This document shows, one piece after another, positions 39,741 through 52,589 of a stretch of DNA of 64,000 nucleotides. A model generated the notes under the pieces. The model saw nothing but the letters and a program-made list of their open reading frames with translations, had not been told where the DNA came from and made no database searches. Each line of letters opens with the position of its first letter. The first letter of the stretch is position 1. The translations under genes were made by a program, and so were the position numbers. Location of the stretch: positions 19,780,001-19,844,000 of the forward strand of contig CM075987.1 in NCBI GenBank assembly GCA_038087875.1, given 5' to 3'. The stretch comes from Malacoraja senta. Taxonomy: Eukaryota.

Positions 39741-40926
39741 CACGTTAGAGTGGTATGACATGGGAAAAGGCCTACTATGTCCATGCTGACCATCAAATAT
39801 AGTAATCCTATTTACCAGCACTTGGTCCATAGCCTTCTCTGTCTTCGGGAATTAAATGTTCATCTAGATACTTAATTTTGTGAAAATACTGTCTCCCCCA
39901 CACATTCAGACAGTGTGCTTCCAACATCCACCCACTCTCTCAAAAAAAGTCCTCAAATTCCTTCTAAACTTCTTACCCCATATTCTAAACCTCTGCTACT
40001 CTAGTTTTAGACATAGATTATTGGGAGAAGTTTCTAACTATCCATGCTGTCTATTATTTTGTATACTTTTATCGGATCTCTCCTCAGCCTCTGATTTTCC
40101 TACGAGAGTAAATATCCTTTTCACATTCACTCAGTCTAAAGCCCTCAGGATCAAGTCTCCACTCACTCTTCTAAACTTCAACAGATACTAATATGGCCTG
40201 TTCAGCCCTTCTCACTGATTCATCAGTCAAATACATTGAACTGGATCTAACATATTACTCACATTACTTAAATAGGGAGAACAGTATTCCAGATGTGGTG
40301 TCACTAGTGCCCTATGTAATTGAAACATAACCTCCCTAGAATGACGCTTTATTCTTCTGTTTTGACACAGCTGTTTGGTGGAATTGAGATTCTTGATGAG
40401 TCCAGTTAAAATTCAGTCTGGAGTCACATACTGTATAGGCCAGACTGACAGAGTTTCTTCTCTAAAAGGCTATTACAACTGAATTGGGAATTAAAAACAC
40501 ACTGGAAGTTTCAAGTTTCAATGTTTTAATGCTACTTAGTAAACCAAATTTCAATTCCATTAGATTTGAACTGGTATCTCTAAAATTGTAATCCAGGGCT
40601 CAAAATTATTTATAAAGGAATAACTAAACTATTTTTCCTGGAAGTAATGAAAAAGTAACATGGGACTTATGAACAAATGAACTGAGGCAACAGTGGGCGT
40701 AGGTTTTGTTATGACGCCAATCTCTCTGATGGACACAACATGGAGTTTAAAGATCAGTTTACCCTCCAATGGGATATCAACATTGGTTCAGCCTGAAACA
40801 GGAACTAAGAAGACAAAGAGAATAAATGGCAAAATAGCAAATTTGGGGTGAGGGCCAAAGGCAATGGCATTGGCTTTCACATTGTTTCGTCTGAGAAAAT
40901 TTCAACTTGCTCAGGACTGGATAAGG

Positions 40927-41290
40927 AAAGGCTTGGTTAGAGTGGATGGGGAGAGGATGTTTCCACTAGTGGGAGAGTCTAGTACTAGAGGTAATAGCCT
41001 CAGAATTAAAGGACATTCTTTTAGGAAGGAAATGAGGAGGAATTTGTTTAGTCAGAGGGTGGTGAATCTGTGGTATTCTTTGCCACAAAAGGCTGTGGAG
41101 GCCATCAGTGGATATTTTTAAGGCAGAGATGGGTAGGTTTTTGATTTGTACAGGTGTCAGAGGTTATGGGGAGAAGGCAGGAGAATGTGGTTAGGAGGGA
41201 GGGATAGATCAGCCATGATTGAATGGCAGAGTAGACTTGATGGGCCGAATGGCCTAATTCTACTCCTATCACATGACCTTATGATCTTAT
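40927..41290 (+). mobile_element. CR1/HER1-like 3' end
   Basis: RMFPLVGESSTRGNSLRIKG..FRKEMRRNLFSQRVVNLW.SLPQKAVEA. Confidence 0.9.
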
Positions 41291-42894
41291 GGATACAGTC
41301 TGACAAGATACTATGAATAAACTAATACATGCTTTACATAACTAGTGCAGAGATCGTTAAAGATGATGATGAATAATACTCCGATTTTATTTTAGGTAAT
41401 CTCTTGGGGTTGAGAATAGTGATTCAACTCCATGGTTGTGCCTTCTGACCTGGTTGCCAAGGCTAAGTTAGGACCTGTAAGCACTGCACAGATGCTGCAG
41501 AAAGTGTTTAAGTGTTTTCCAGGATGCTGGGGATGGGTAGGGTTGTTGCTGTTAGGTATTTATGGGAGGCCTTGCTGTTTAGAATGGACTTTTTTGCTCC
41601 TCTTGAGACTCAGGGTTCCCGGTGCCATTGGAAATGCACTTTCACCATTTTGAGCAGACATATAGTAAGGGTTCCTACAAATTGGTGAGGATGTGACATT
41701 TTGTTTAAGGAATGATCTCCTTTATTCTGGTCATTTTTAGTCTCGTGGAGCTCAGTGTGTCTGTTTTGTGAGTCTGGTGTTGAGCACGAGAAATAGGCCT
41801 GGTGGAGATGGTGAGTATAATTAGAGCATGTTGTCTGCAATGTTGACTTGGTGGAGGGGATGCTGATATTAATTCACTTATTTTGCTGGTAGATTTGGAG
41901 AATTTGTAGAGACAGCGATGTTTTGAGATGTCTGCTTTAATTAGTTCATGTCACTGAAGTGTAAAGGAAAACGAGAATCATTGTGTCAGGTTTAAGGTCT
42001 TGATTTTCTAATACACTTTTCCTCAGATGGCCAAAGGCTGTATTGGTTCACAGGGAGCATTGGGGGATTTCATATTGCTGAATGGCCTCACAGAGAGGTG
42101 GCTCCTGAGATATGGAAAATGTTCTTGGTTTTCCAGAACCTCACCATGGGGTGGTTTTGATCAGTTGTTATGGGTCAGTGGACGCTCAATGTTTTGTTGA
42201 TTTGGTTGTTTTGGCACTTCCAATTGCTTTGAATCAGCATTCAACAAAGCAAACAGAATACTGAGGTATTTACCTAAGGCAGTACAGTGGAAATCAGAAT
42301 AAGCCTTGTTCAAAGAGCATTGTCCTCTCGTCAAAATGTATTCTGGGTACTATGCTCCAATGTACACAGTGGCTTTAGGGCTGCAGGGATCCAATCATTC
42401 TAACATTGGAAGGTGTTCAGAGCACCTTCAGGGGGAGGTTATATTTGTAGTATTAGTTCCACACCAGCAATATTTTGTTTACACAAAAAAAATTGAAATG
42501 CTGGAAAACTGAAACAAACTGCCAATTCTGCTGAATGCATTCAGCTTCCCTATTTACGTTCTCTATTTATAATACCAGGCTGGAAATACAATTTTCCTGC
42601 CTGGAAGTCCTTGACTCAAACGGAATGCACGTGCCGAGTTCTCCTAACATTTCAGAAGGTTAAGGAGCCCACATTCTTAAATCCAAGAACTCTGGAGTAT
42701 CTTTTTTACAAATACGTCACAGATCTGCTTCATTTATCCAAAGCCTTTTAATATCCCAGATGGCCCATATGTTTAATTCCTAGTAAGTTATTTGAAGCGT
42801 GGTAAGTTTGATAATATTGAAACAATGGCAACCGATTTGAGCACCGCAAGCTTTCAACAAATATAATGTTACAATGATCAAGATAATCTGTTTT

Positions 42895-43190
42895 CTTGAT
42901 CTTGACCGAGGGATAAATGGAGTCTCTGACCACAGGAATGACGACCCAGCCAATCTTGAACAGTGCCTTTTACTTTCACCAGAGAAAGAATAAATCTTAT
43001 TTTAACATCTCATTTGAAAATCACACCTCCACTGTACAGAAACCCGTCAGTTCTGTACCGGCATAAAGAGCATCTCTGATGCTAGCATTAACCAGAGTTA
43101 CAGATCAGACCTTTGTGATCACATCTCTATGGAACTTGAACTAACAACCGCTTCAAATAGAATCAAACTGCTTATAACTGAGCCATGACT
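42895..43190 (-). mobile_element. Deu-domain SINE (SacSINE1/AmnSINE1-like), old
   Basis: Collinear matches, from memory of the family, to the Deu reverse complement: GAGGGATAAAT...AGTGCC..TTTTAC...TTTAACATCTCAT...CACCTCC...TCAGTTCTGTAC...ACTTGAAC...CTGAGCCA. Confidence 0.65.
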
Positions 43191-45269
43191 GACACACGAT
43201 CGGAATTAACATCACAGCTATTCTCCAATGCAATACTATGTCTCAGATTGTTTCCTCCAAAAATTCTCACCTTACATTTCCCCTACACGTTACCTCTTCT
43301 GGTCTAAACTGCACTAAAATTGTACATCAATCTCAGTTGCATTTGATAGGTGGGCGAATGACACCGTTTCGCGCTTTTATGTTGATAAACGCGGAATTAG
43401 AGCGAAGGGGAAGCTATCACTTTGAAAGTGTGTTGAACATTGGCGTTTGCCGCGACGGCGAGTTCGGAGACTTGGAGATAGTCTTATTTTAAGTTAATGT
43501 TACGTTTCGCTAGAATGCTTGCTTAGCGGGTGAAGTCATGACCAAAGTTAGTGACATTTCAGTGAGGAAGAGAGAAAGAATGGGTTACTGAATTTAGCTT
43601 CATCTGAGTTAAAGGCGAGGTAGAGAGCCCAGTCTTATCCTAGAGGCAGGATACCGGCTCATTAAAGTGAATGAGTGCTGAAACCGGACACCTCGCCACT
43701 CGGAGCCAGAAACCCCAGTCTGTAGTAAAGCACTATTTAAATGGAAAAGAGCTATCGTCAGTTACCAGCCCGCGTGCGTTCAACATTCTCGCAGATCAGC
43801 TCCGCTCATCCAGTAAGCCTCCAGGTACCGGAGTTCCCTGGAATTTGGATCGTTCCTCAATGAGTAAAATCGTCACCAAAAGAAGAAAAGCCACTCCTGG
43901 AATTGCAAACTAACAGACCGCACGCTTTAGGATTGTTGCCCAAATAGGTGGGCGGAGGAGATTTATATCATTTTTCTCTGTTGGGATATTTTCGCTCTTC
44001 ACCCAATGAATGCAAGGGACTCCTCCATTCCGTGGGCCAGCTCAGAGTCACGTTCTGATTAAAGCTTGGATTTAGCTACTGGGACAAATGCATACAAATG
44101 TATTTAGCGACTCGAAGGAGAGACTGCAGACGCTCTACACTCGCAAAAAAGTAAGATTTTTATCTTTAACTGTAAAGCTGAATTTCTCCACTGGGTCGAA
44201 AAGCCGGTGGGCATCCTGGAGCGTGTTAATTAGGATTGGCCCATTTGCTCAGAAACGACTCTCCCCCCCCCCCCCCCCCCCCCCCCCCCACCACCACCCG
44301 AAAACACACATCTCATTTAGGTGTAAACAAATCATACACTTAAACTTTACGAAAGATTATGCAAAATATAGCTGTGATTTCTATTTTGAGCATAATTGAA
44401 AGTTATGGTTAAAACTTTCAGATGAATATGTTGCATTTGCACCGGTTGCCTGGGCACTTTCGGTTATGTACTGTACTCATTTGTATTCTGAGTATTTTGG
44501 TAGGAGTCCGCGCATTATGGTTGGGGACACATGTTACAATTTTAGTAGATTTCTTCGTGTGGTTTTCCAAAAGCTATGATTCAGCGTGGCGAGATCCAAT
44601 GGGGAGACGAGACAAAGTTTCCATCCGCACAGCTGAATGCCATAAAGTTCATATGGCTGCTGCAGGGAAATATGAAAAGGGGAGAGACATGGATGCGCAT
44701 TGTAATGAGCCATTTGGAACTTATTTTGTAGACTTCTTTTTCTGAGCGATCTGAGGGTTGTTTGATTTCACCTTTGATGTAATATGTGGCGATTGGAGTT
44801 AATGTCGATAAGTCCCGTTATTGTACGGTTCATTAGCGTTTAAGAACACGGGGTTGGACGGTTCCAATATCTGCTGACACATCATTCTAAACGCCGAGGC
44901 GCCCACGCAAACATCTGCCACACTCATCTATATGTACATATACTGCCCAAATTTATCTGCAGATAAACAAGGCTAACTCCTTGAAACCACGACACGTCCC
45001 GAAATCACACGTACACACCAGTATTACATGTTTGCCAGACCTGAGTCATGCCGCCACATCTTGGTAGGCGCGTACATTGCAGGTGTTCAGAAACATGCAC
45101 GCAGAATCGGAACCCTCCTGGGGAAATAAGAACCATCCTGTTGAATTTTGTCGACAATCACCAAGGAATGGGTTGCTGGATAGAGATGGCCATGATATCA
45201 TTATTTAATCGCCACCTACGTCTTATTCACTCCAGTCACACTCTAATTTGATAACTACTGATAACGTAG

Positions 45270-45750
45270 GTTCACGAGGTTAATTCCCGGGATGGCGGGA
45301 CTGTCATATGATGAAAGAATGGAACGACTGGGCTTGTAATCACTATAATTTAGAATGATGAGAGGGGATCTTATAGAAACATATACAATTATTAAGGGAT
45401 TGGACACGCTAGATGTACGAAACATGTTCCCGATATTGGGGGAATCCAGAACCAGGAGCCACAGTTTAAGAATAAGGGATAGGCCATTTATAACTGAGAT
45501 GAGGAAAAACCTTTTCGTCCAGAGAGTTGTGATTTGTGGAATTCTCTGCCTCAGAAGGCTATGGAGGCCGATTCACTGGATGCATTCAAAAGAGAGTTAG
45601 ATGGAGCTCTTAGGGCTAGCGGAATCAAGGGATACGAGGAGAAGGCAGGTACGGGATACTGAGTTGGATGATCAGCCATGATCATATTGAATGGCGGTGC
45701 AGGCTCGAAGGGCCGAATGGCCTACTCCTGCACCTATTTTCTATGTTTCA
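45270..45750 (+). mobile_element. CR1/HER1-like 3' end
   Basis: MRGDLIETYTIIKGLD...ESRTRSHSLRI; 3'UTR ending TTTCTATGTTTC. Confidence 0.9.
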
Positions 45751-47596
45751 ATGCACACGCTCTCGCGTGCACACACGCACAGTTCCTGAACATAAATATA
45801 AACGCCATACATATAAATGATACATACACACGTATTATTCTTGATAATTCTAATAAACATTCTATTTCCAAACTATGCTCACACTCACGCGGTATGTAGT
45901 TAATATCTTAGAATAAGTAGACAATATTTCACATGAGAGTTCTGCTGATAAACGAACAAGACACTGGAGTTACACAATGAAGTTTACAAGTGTATACTAG
46001 CAGAGGAAAATAATTGATTTTACGTAGGATCTTTGTAAGACTAAATTGTACTGCATTTATATATATTAACCGAGATTTGGACGCCTTCAAAGCAATTAGG
46101 ACGAATAGATGAATAATAAAACAGAAAATACCCAGCAAGTTTGACAGTATGTGTGGGGAAAGAATGGAGTTGACAACTGAGGTCAATTACCGTTTATCAT
46201 TTGTTTTGATAACAAGTCAATGATCTAATAAGGTATTAACCCAGTTCCTTTATAAATGATCCTTGACCCGTCGAGCATTTGCAGCATTTTTTGATTTTTT
46301 CTCAGATTTTCAGCATCTGCAGTATTTTGCATCTGATTAATTTAACATTCTTTTCGTTTTATCCATCACTGTTCATCTTCAAAGATTGATCTTCTTACAG
46401 GCATATGCCACAACATTGATTTATACTTCTAGAGTTTAAACGTTGCCATGTAGTAATCTCAAACTGATCTTTTTTTTGTACTGTTCAACATATTAATAAA
46501 CCTTCGTAGTTTACCAAAGGTAAAACTCGAATTATAGAGTTCGGTCAAATCCGTTCACGCTGACCAAAATGCCTTCCCGAACTAGTCCCAGGTGCCTGCA
46601 TTTGGCTATCCCTCTAAACCTTAATTTAAAAAATGCTGGAGGAACTCAGCGAGCCAGGCAGCATCTGTGGACTGGAATGGGCAGACGACGTTTTGGGTCG
46701 GGATCTTTCTTCAGGCTGAAGGGACTTGGCCCATATCTTAACTTTTCCTGTTTTGAACTGTTCCTCTGTTACCCTTTCCCCTCCAAGGCAGCAGCTTTGC
46801 TGTATCCATTTTAGTATATTTTCCACATTTGTTTATAATATTTGTCATATTAGTTTCTTAACGATATTAGTTAAAACAAGTGATTTTAATTTCTTAGGTT
46901 TCTTTCTGCCTTTATAGTTCAACGTTTTACAATTTATGGTAATGAGTTTTTAGAAATCACATTTGGCAGATCAGCCAAAGCCTATTGTCAATCAAGGCAC
47001 TGATTTGTTTTGGTATCGGAGTAGGAATGCAGTTTGCATTCCTCGCCGTGGGGCGGCAGTAGAGAGGTTATAATTAAAATAAACTTTCCTCGCTTTGAAA
47101 TCCTTCTTTGCCCTTTCCAGCTGCTTTCGAGCGGTTTCAGTTGGAGTTTGTTCGGCTCGGAAATGTCGAGACCTCTGGGTTATTCACGGTGGGAGTGGGA
47201 TTTGCCTACAGCTCTGAAACTATCAAGCTGAGGGTGAACCTCCTGCCCCCCTCCCCTCAAGCCTTGCGCTCGGTCCCGTTGGGATTTATAGTTTTTTATT
47301 TTTTCCAAAGAGTTTTTTTATGCACAAACACAAAAAAAATTGTAGCTTTCCTCGCTCGGTGGTAACACTCTGCATCTGCTCTGTGTTAAATGGGATTGAG
47401 AGTCGGTGCAACACATCGAGAGACCGGCACGGTTCGATCTTCAAGACTTCAATCGGCTCCAAAGTTTGCTTACTTTTCCCCAGCTCATTTTTTTCAACCT
47501 AAAGTTTCCAAGAAGTCAATGGAATGAACAGGCAGATGTTGTCAGATGTGTCTGCTTTCTCCCCAATGGGACTCAGAAAGATAATGAAGTAACGGG

Positions 47597-47646
47597 ATGG
47601 AGACGGCGGCAGTCCCGGACTCCAGCAAAGCTGCTGCCTTCGGGGG
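47597..47646 (+). CDS. Candidate first coding exon segment of an unidentified host gene (METAAVPDSSKAAAFG-)
   Basis: Strong Kozak GGGATGG, in-frame upstream stop at 47585, consensus donor GG|GTGAGT at 47647, upstream polypyrimidine acceptor TTTCCAG ending 47120, inside CpG domain. Confidence 0.45.
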
Positions 47647-49686
47647 GTGAGTTCAAAACTTAATCGAAAGCATTTGATAACTTCGGATATTCAGGGGAGT
47701 TGCGGGCTCCGGCGGACAGGAAATGGTTTAAACCCACATTTCTCTTTCTATAATGACCAGGGTATTCTTTGATCTAACAACCCCAAGTGACAAATGAAAC
47801 TGCCTTGATTCCCCGGGAATGCATTGAGACCCATTGTACAATCAAAATAAAATTTAACCCTTATTAGCCTGGCGTTTCCACATATGGATGACTTGTATCC
47901 ACTGTGGTTCATGCCTATAGATTTCAAAGTATCTATTAATACTGCAGATAGTTTAGATTATAACATATTATTCACGTAAGAACAACTGACAGTTAATATG
48001 AAGGGAAGTCAACAGTGTAGGGATAGTATTGTGGTTGAGACGGAGAGCCGTGTGAATTCAGCTTCCCGTTTCCTCCGCAAGGCAGACATGCTGCAGATCT
48101 GTCAATTCCAAGTAAGGGAACAACTGTAAAACCCGAATGATTTTGTAGTGGTTGTTTTTTTAAATAAATAATCTCTAAATTATTTCTGATGCTTATACAA
48201 TATGAATTGAATTAGATGTGCCCTTTGTGGCCCTGGCGTATCGTGTTTCTGATTTTACAATTTATTGCGAATTCATTATGTATTCGTGCAAAATTAAAGT
48301 TTCAGTTAAAATTAAATAATATTTCATTATGTAAAGATCGAGTGCCAACCTTCAATCGGCATGTCAAAGTAGTTTTTATAGTTTCTTCTGGAGGGTGTCA
48401 TTCAATACTTGAATTTGCTCGGACATAGTTTCTGCGTCCTTGATTTCGAAGAAGATTGAGCTGTTTAGAGACGGTGCCTGAACTCGCAGTACTGAACTCG
48501 CAACGCTGCCCTGTGATGCATTTCCAAAAACTGCGAGAGGCTTTTCCTTCAGTATAGTTTTCATCTGAAATAGAAATGATTTCCACACTGCACAAAAATT
48601 AAAGGCAACTTGAATGGTTTGCAGGACGCAGCAGATGTCCAGAATTCAAGGAGATTTATCTTGTGCAGTGGCTACAGCAGAATTCCTTCCCCTCCTTTAG
48701 TTGCAGATACTGGAAATCTTAAATTAAGCAAAAAATAGTGGAATAGTTAGCTGATCAGGCAGTACCTGGGGAGAAAGAAGCAGAGATAACGACAGGTCAA
48801 TGACCTTAAATCAGATCTTTTTAAACATTTCTGCTTAAACAATTACGTGGTCTATGATGGGGCCATGGTGTAGAGGGAGATATGAGGTGGCATCAGAGAG
48901 CAGGAACCAGGTAGGTTTGTACATCATGTAACAACTCCAGTATCCTTGTGTTCAATGGCAACAACGTTAGTTAATAGGCCACAGCAAGCTCACAGGGCAA
49001 GTCAAGAAGTCAGTGAAACGGATAGATTGAGATGGTCAGTGCCATGCTGAGAGGTTAAAGGATGAAACGCGAGAGAATGGAGTCCAAGTGGGAATTCTGG
49101 ATGGAGGAACGTGTTTACTGTCTGAAAATTCCTAGCCAAGGAAAAAGGCACAGGCAACAGAAAAAGGAGCTCCAAATTAATTGAGCTAGGAATGCAAGGG
49201 GATGTGGCAGAGGTCCGGGGACCAATTATTTGTGCTGAGAGAAGGGAAGGTCACAAGAAATAATGAAAGGGGTAAAATTGGTTGAACAGAGGAACGTGAA
49301 GGGGAAAATAGACCTGGAAGAATTGTTAATGTTTTTGTCTATAGTGAAATAGTGAATCAGACTGTGTAGAGAAAGAGCAGGTTGTATGGCGTTGAAGGGA
49401 GAGATCAAAAACATGCATGAGGTGACACATAGCATCGTATGGATCTCAACATACAAGAAAAATATTGATTGTGCCAAATCAATTTAAGTGTAGGTAATCC
49501 AACATGTGAAGACTGGGCTTTCATTTCAAATGCACATGGAATAAGCTGAATTGGAAACTTTTGTTAAGGAAACTAATGTAGTTATGGAAGTGAATTTGGG
49601 TAGATGCCTTATTAAAAGCAATAAAGCTGAAAATGATAAAAATGAATAAATGGAAATCTTGTGGGACAGAGGAACAAATCTTCTTT

Positions 49687-49990
49687 AAGTGTAGGAAGGA
49701 ACTGCAGATGCTGGTTTAAACCAATGATAGACATAAGATGCTGGAGTAACTCAGCGGGACAAGCAGCATCTCTGGAGAGAAGGAATGGGTGACGTTTTGG
49801 GCCGAGACCCTTCTTCAGACTGATGTCAGGGGAGGGAGATACATAGATAAGGAAGTATAAAGTGTGAAAATAGGACAAAGGGAATGGAAATCAAGGAAAA
49901 TGTAGTATAGATCATTGTTAGTTGGGAGAACAACAAAGCAAACAGATAAAATATAGTCAGTCTTACTGTCTCTGACTACATTTTATCTCT
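49687..49990 (-). mobile_element. Penelope-like element 3' end with hammerhead-like motif
   Basis: Reverse complement CTGAAGAAGGGTCTCGGCCCAAAACGTCACC plus terminal repeat and UTR. Confidence 0.7.
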
Positions 49991-50014
49991 GTTTGCTTTG
50001 TTGTTACTGTTGCC

Positions 50015-51000
50015 CATTACTGTGTTTCATCTATATCAATGATTTGGATGAGAATATACATGGCAAGATTAACCAAGTTCGCAGATGATACAAAAGTGAG
50101 TGGTTTTGCAGATAGTGAAGATGGTTGTGAAAAATTGCAGCAGGATCTTGATCGATTGGGCAGGTGGGCTGAGGAATGGTTGATGGAATTAATACAGTGA
50201 AATGTGAGGTGTTGCATTTTGTCGTCTAACATGTGCAGGACCTACACAGTGAATGGTAGTACTCTGGGGAGTGTTTGAGAGCAGAGGTATCTAGGAGTGC
50301 AGGTGCATGTTTCTTTGAAGGTGGAGTCGCAGGTTTAAGGTGAAGGTCAAAAAGGCTTTTAGCACATTGGCCTGCATCAGTAAGAGTATTGAGTATAGAT
50401 GTTGGGAAGTCATGTTGCAGTTGTATAAGACGTTGGTGAGGCCACATATAGAGTATTGTGTTCAGTTCTGGGAAACATGTTATAGGAAAGATGTTGTCAA
50501 GCTGGAAAGAGTAAGAGATAATTTACGAGGATGTTGCCAGGACTAGAGGGTCTGAGCTGTAGGGAGAGGTTGAGTAGGCTGCAACTATATGCCTTGAAGC
50601 GCAGCAGAATGAGGTGGTCATCTTATAGAGGTATATAAAATCAGGAGAGAAATAGATTGGGTAGATGCACAGAGTTTCTTGCCCAAAGTAAGGCAAGGAC
50701 CAGAGGACATAGGTTTAAGGTGAAGGGGAAAAGATTTAATAGGAATCTGAGGGGTAACTTTTTCACACAAAGGGTGGTAGGTGTATGGAACAAGCTGCCA
50801 GAGGAGGTAGTTGAGGCAGGGACTATCCCAAAGTTTATGAAACAGTTAGACAGGTACATGGATAGGACAGGTTTGGAGGGATATGGGCCAATCGCGGGCA
50901 GGCGGCACTAGTGTAGCTGTGACATGTTGACTGGTGTGGGTAAGTTAGGCCGAAGGGGCTGTTTCCATGCTGTATCACTCTATGACCCTATGACCCCATG
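50015..51000 (+). mobile_element. CR1-like LINE, RT end to 3' tail
   Basis: KFADDTKV, LQQDLDRL, LYKTLVRPHIEYCVQFW, RTRGHRFKV..FFTQRVVGVWNKLP; (CTATGACC)-like tail. Confidence 0.9.
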
Positions 51001-52409
51001 ACTTTCTCTTTGTCTCAAATCTGTCTGTCCCACCAAGTATTTCTAGCATTTTCAGTATTACTTCTTTGCACTCCATCCAGTATTTTAACCAAGTTTCTTT
51101 AATCCATTTCACACAAAGTGTCTCTGATTGAGATTAACGTCCTTAAAACCCCTCTTCTCTGATTTCAGTCAGATTAGAATCAGTTGTTAGTTTTGGACAT
51201 ATCAAGCAACAATAAATGCACCATGCATATTAAGAGGCCCAAACATATGTGAAGCATTGCTGCATGTTTTCTCTCTGGGCCAAATTAGCATAACCAACAT
51301 TTCATGTTTAAAAATCAAGAAATGCACTACATTTTTATTAATTTAATTGACTTGAAATTGATGCGATATCAGTCTAAGCTTCTTCAAATTGTGCTTTTGA
51401 TGTTACAGAATATTATGGGTATTCATATTATGGGTACTCATTATGGGTAATGAATATTATTTGGACTTTTTATGTTATTTTGTTTTTCTCTTAATTTTAT
51501 AAGGGACAGTAAAAAATCATGAATAGTTAATCTTGCTTTCAGGATGCACTTGTTTTAACCTTTTAGATTAAAGTACAAAAATAACTTGACTATTTTAAAT
51601 ACTCTCATGGCTTGTCTTCAGTTACTGAAAATCTTAGAAGCATACAATATCTGCTTAATAACTGTAATCCACAGAGGTTTCTCTGTACTGTAGTGTACTA
51701 CTGGAAGCCTGCCAGTTCTGTAGTTAGCATTGTGAATATTTCTGTGCAGTGGAGACTGACTCAAACCCGCAGTGATTTCTCCTGGACTGCAATACTTAAC
51801 CTCTGTTGATAGTCTCACCCCTTTTTACAACAAGCCATAGCATTGAATGGACATACCTCTTTAACTCAGTAAAAGTTCTTTTGTCACATTGCCCATTGAT
51901 CATCAATTGTATTTCTGGGTATCTGGAATCAGACTAATAATAACAATATAATGATCAGATCACATATATCATCTGTGTTCCTTTCCAATTTTTACAGTTG
52001 CAGATATTTAACATATTATTCTGTTTAAATTGTGTTGCTCCAAATCGAGCACAGTGAATACATTTACTTAAGGGAGATAATTGGAGAATGTGTTTTAAAT
52101 TTCTAGATGCTTTCTCATGCTTTTCCTCAAGAGTATTGCAAGACACATTGTTCTTAAAATCCCTTTTTTGGTTGATGGAAATGTGTTTTTTTTGTGTGAT
52201 TGGTGTACAGAAAATATTGTTTTGCTAGTTAACCTGCCTTAGCGTTCCCTTGTCATGTAGTTTTGTGGCAGATATGATAGGCTACAGGTCAGTATAAATC
52301 TGCTGGAGCTACAGGTACACTAGGAGGTGTATTAATATGATCCAAGATCACCAGTCTTCCAGGTTTTCTCTACCTCTAAAGATAAGTGCCCATGTCACAT
52401 TTGGCATCT

Positions 52410-52547
52410 GGGGTGGAAGATTGCAACCTTCATGTGGTCCGCCCTGTTTCGACGAATGCAATCAACCCGGCATGCACAATCAAATAAGATCAAATAGAAC
52501 AAGTTGTCCTACAACTTTAGGCTGTGCACGCCATATGCAAGAAGAAG
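52410..52547 (+). mobile_element. Short retroposon 3' end with (AAG)3 tail
   Basis: 11-bp TSD ATTTGGCATCT (52399-52409) / ATTTGACATCT (52548-52558). Confidence 0.7.
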
Positions 52548-52589
52548 ATTTGACATCTTTTACATGATGTGGGAACTTAATATTTAATA

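Larger units (their letters stand above)
43330..48560. promoter_or_regulatory. CpG-enriched domain, probable promoter region
   Basis: CpG dinucleotides visibly much more frequent in unique sequence than elsewhere (not computed); GC boxes GGGCGG at ~43950 and 47051, each followed by a TATA-like element; 27-nt C run at 44263-44289. Confidence 0.6.
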
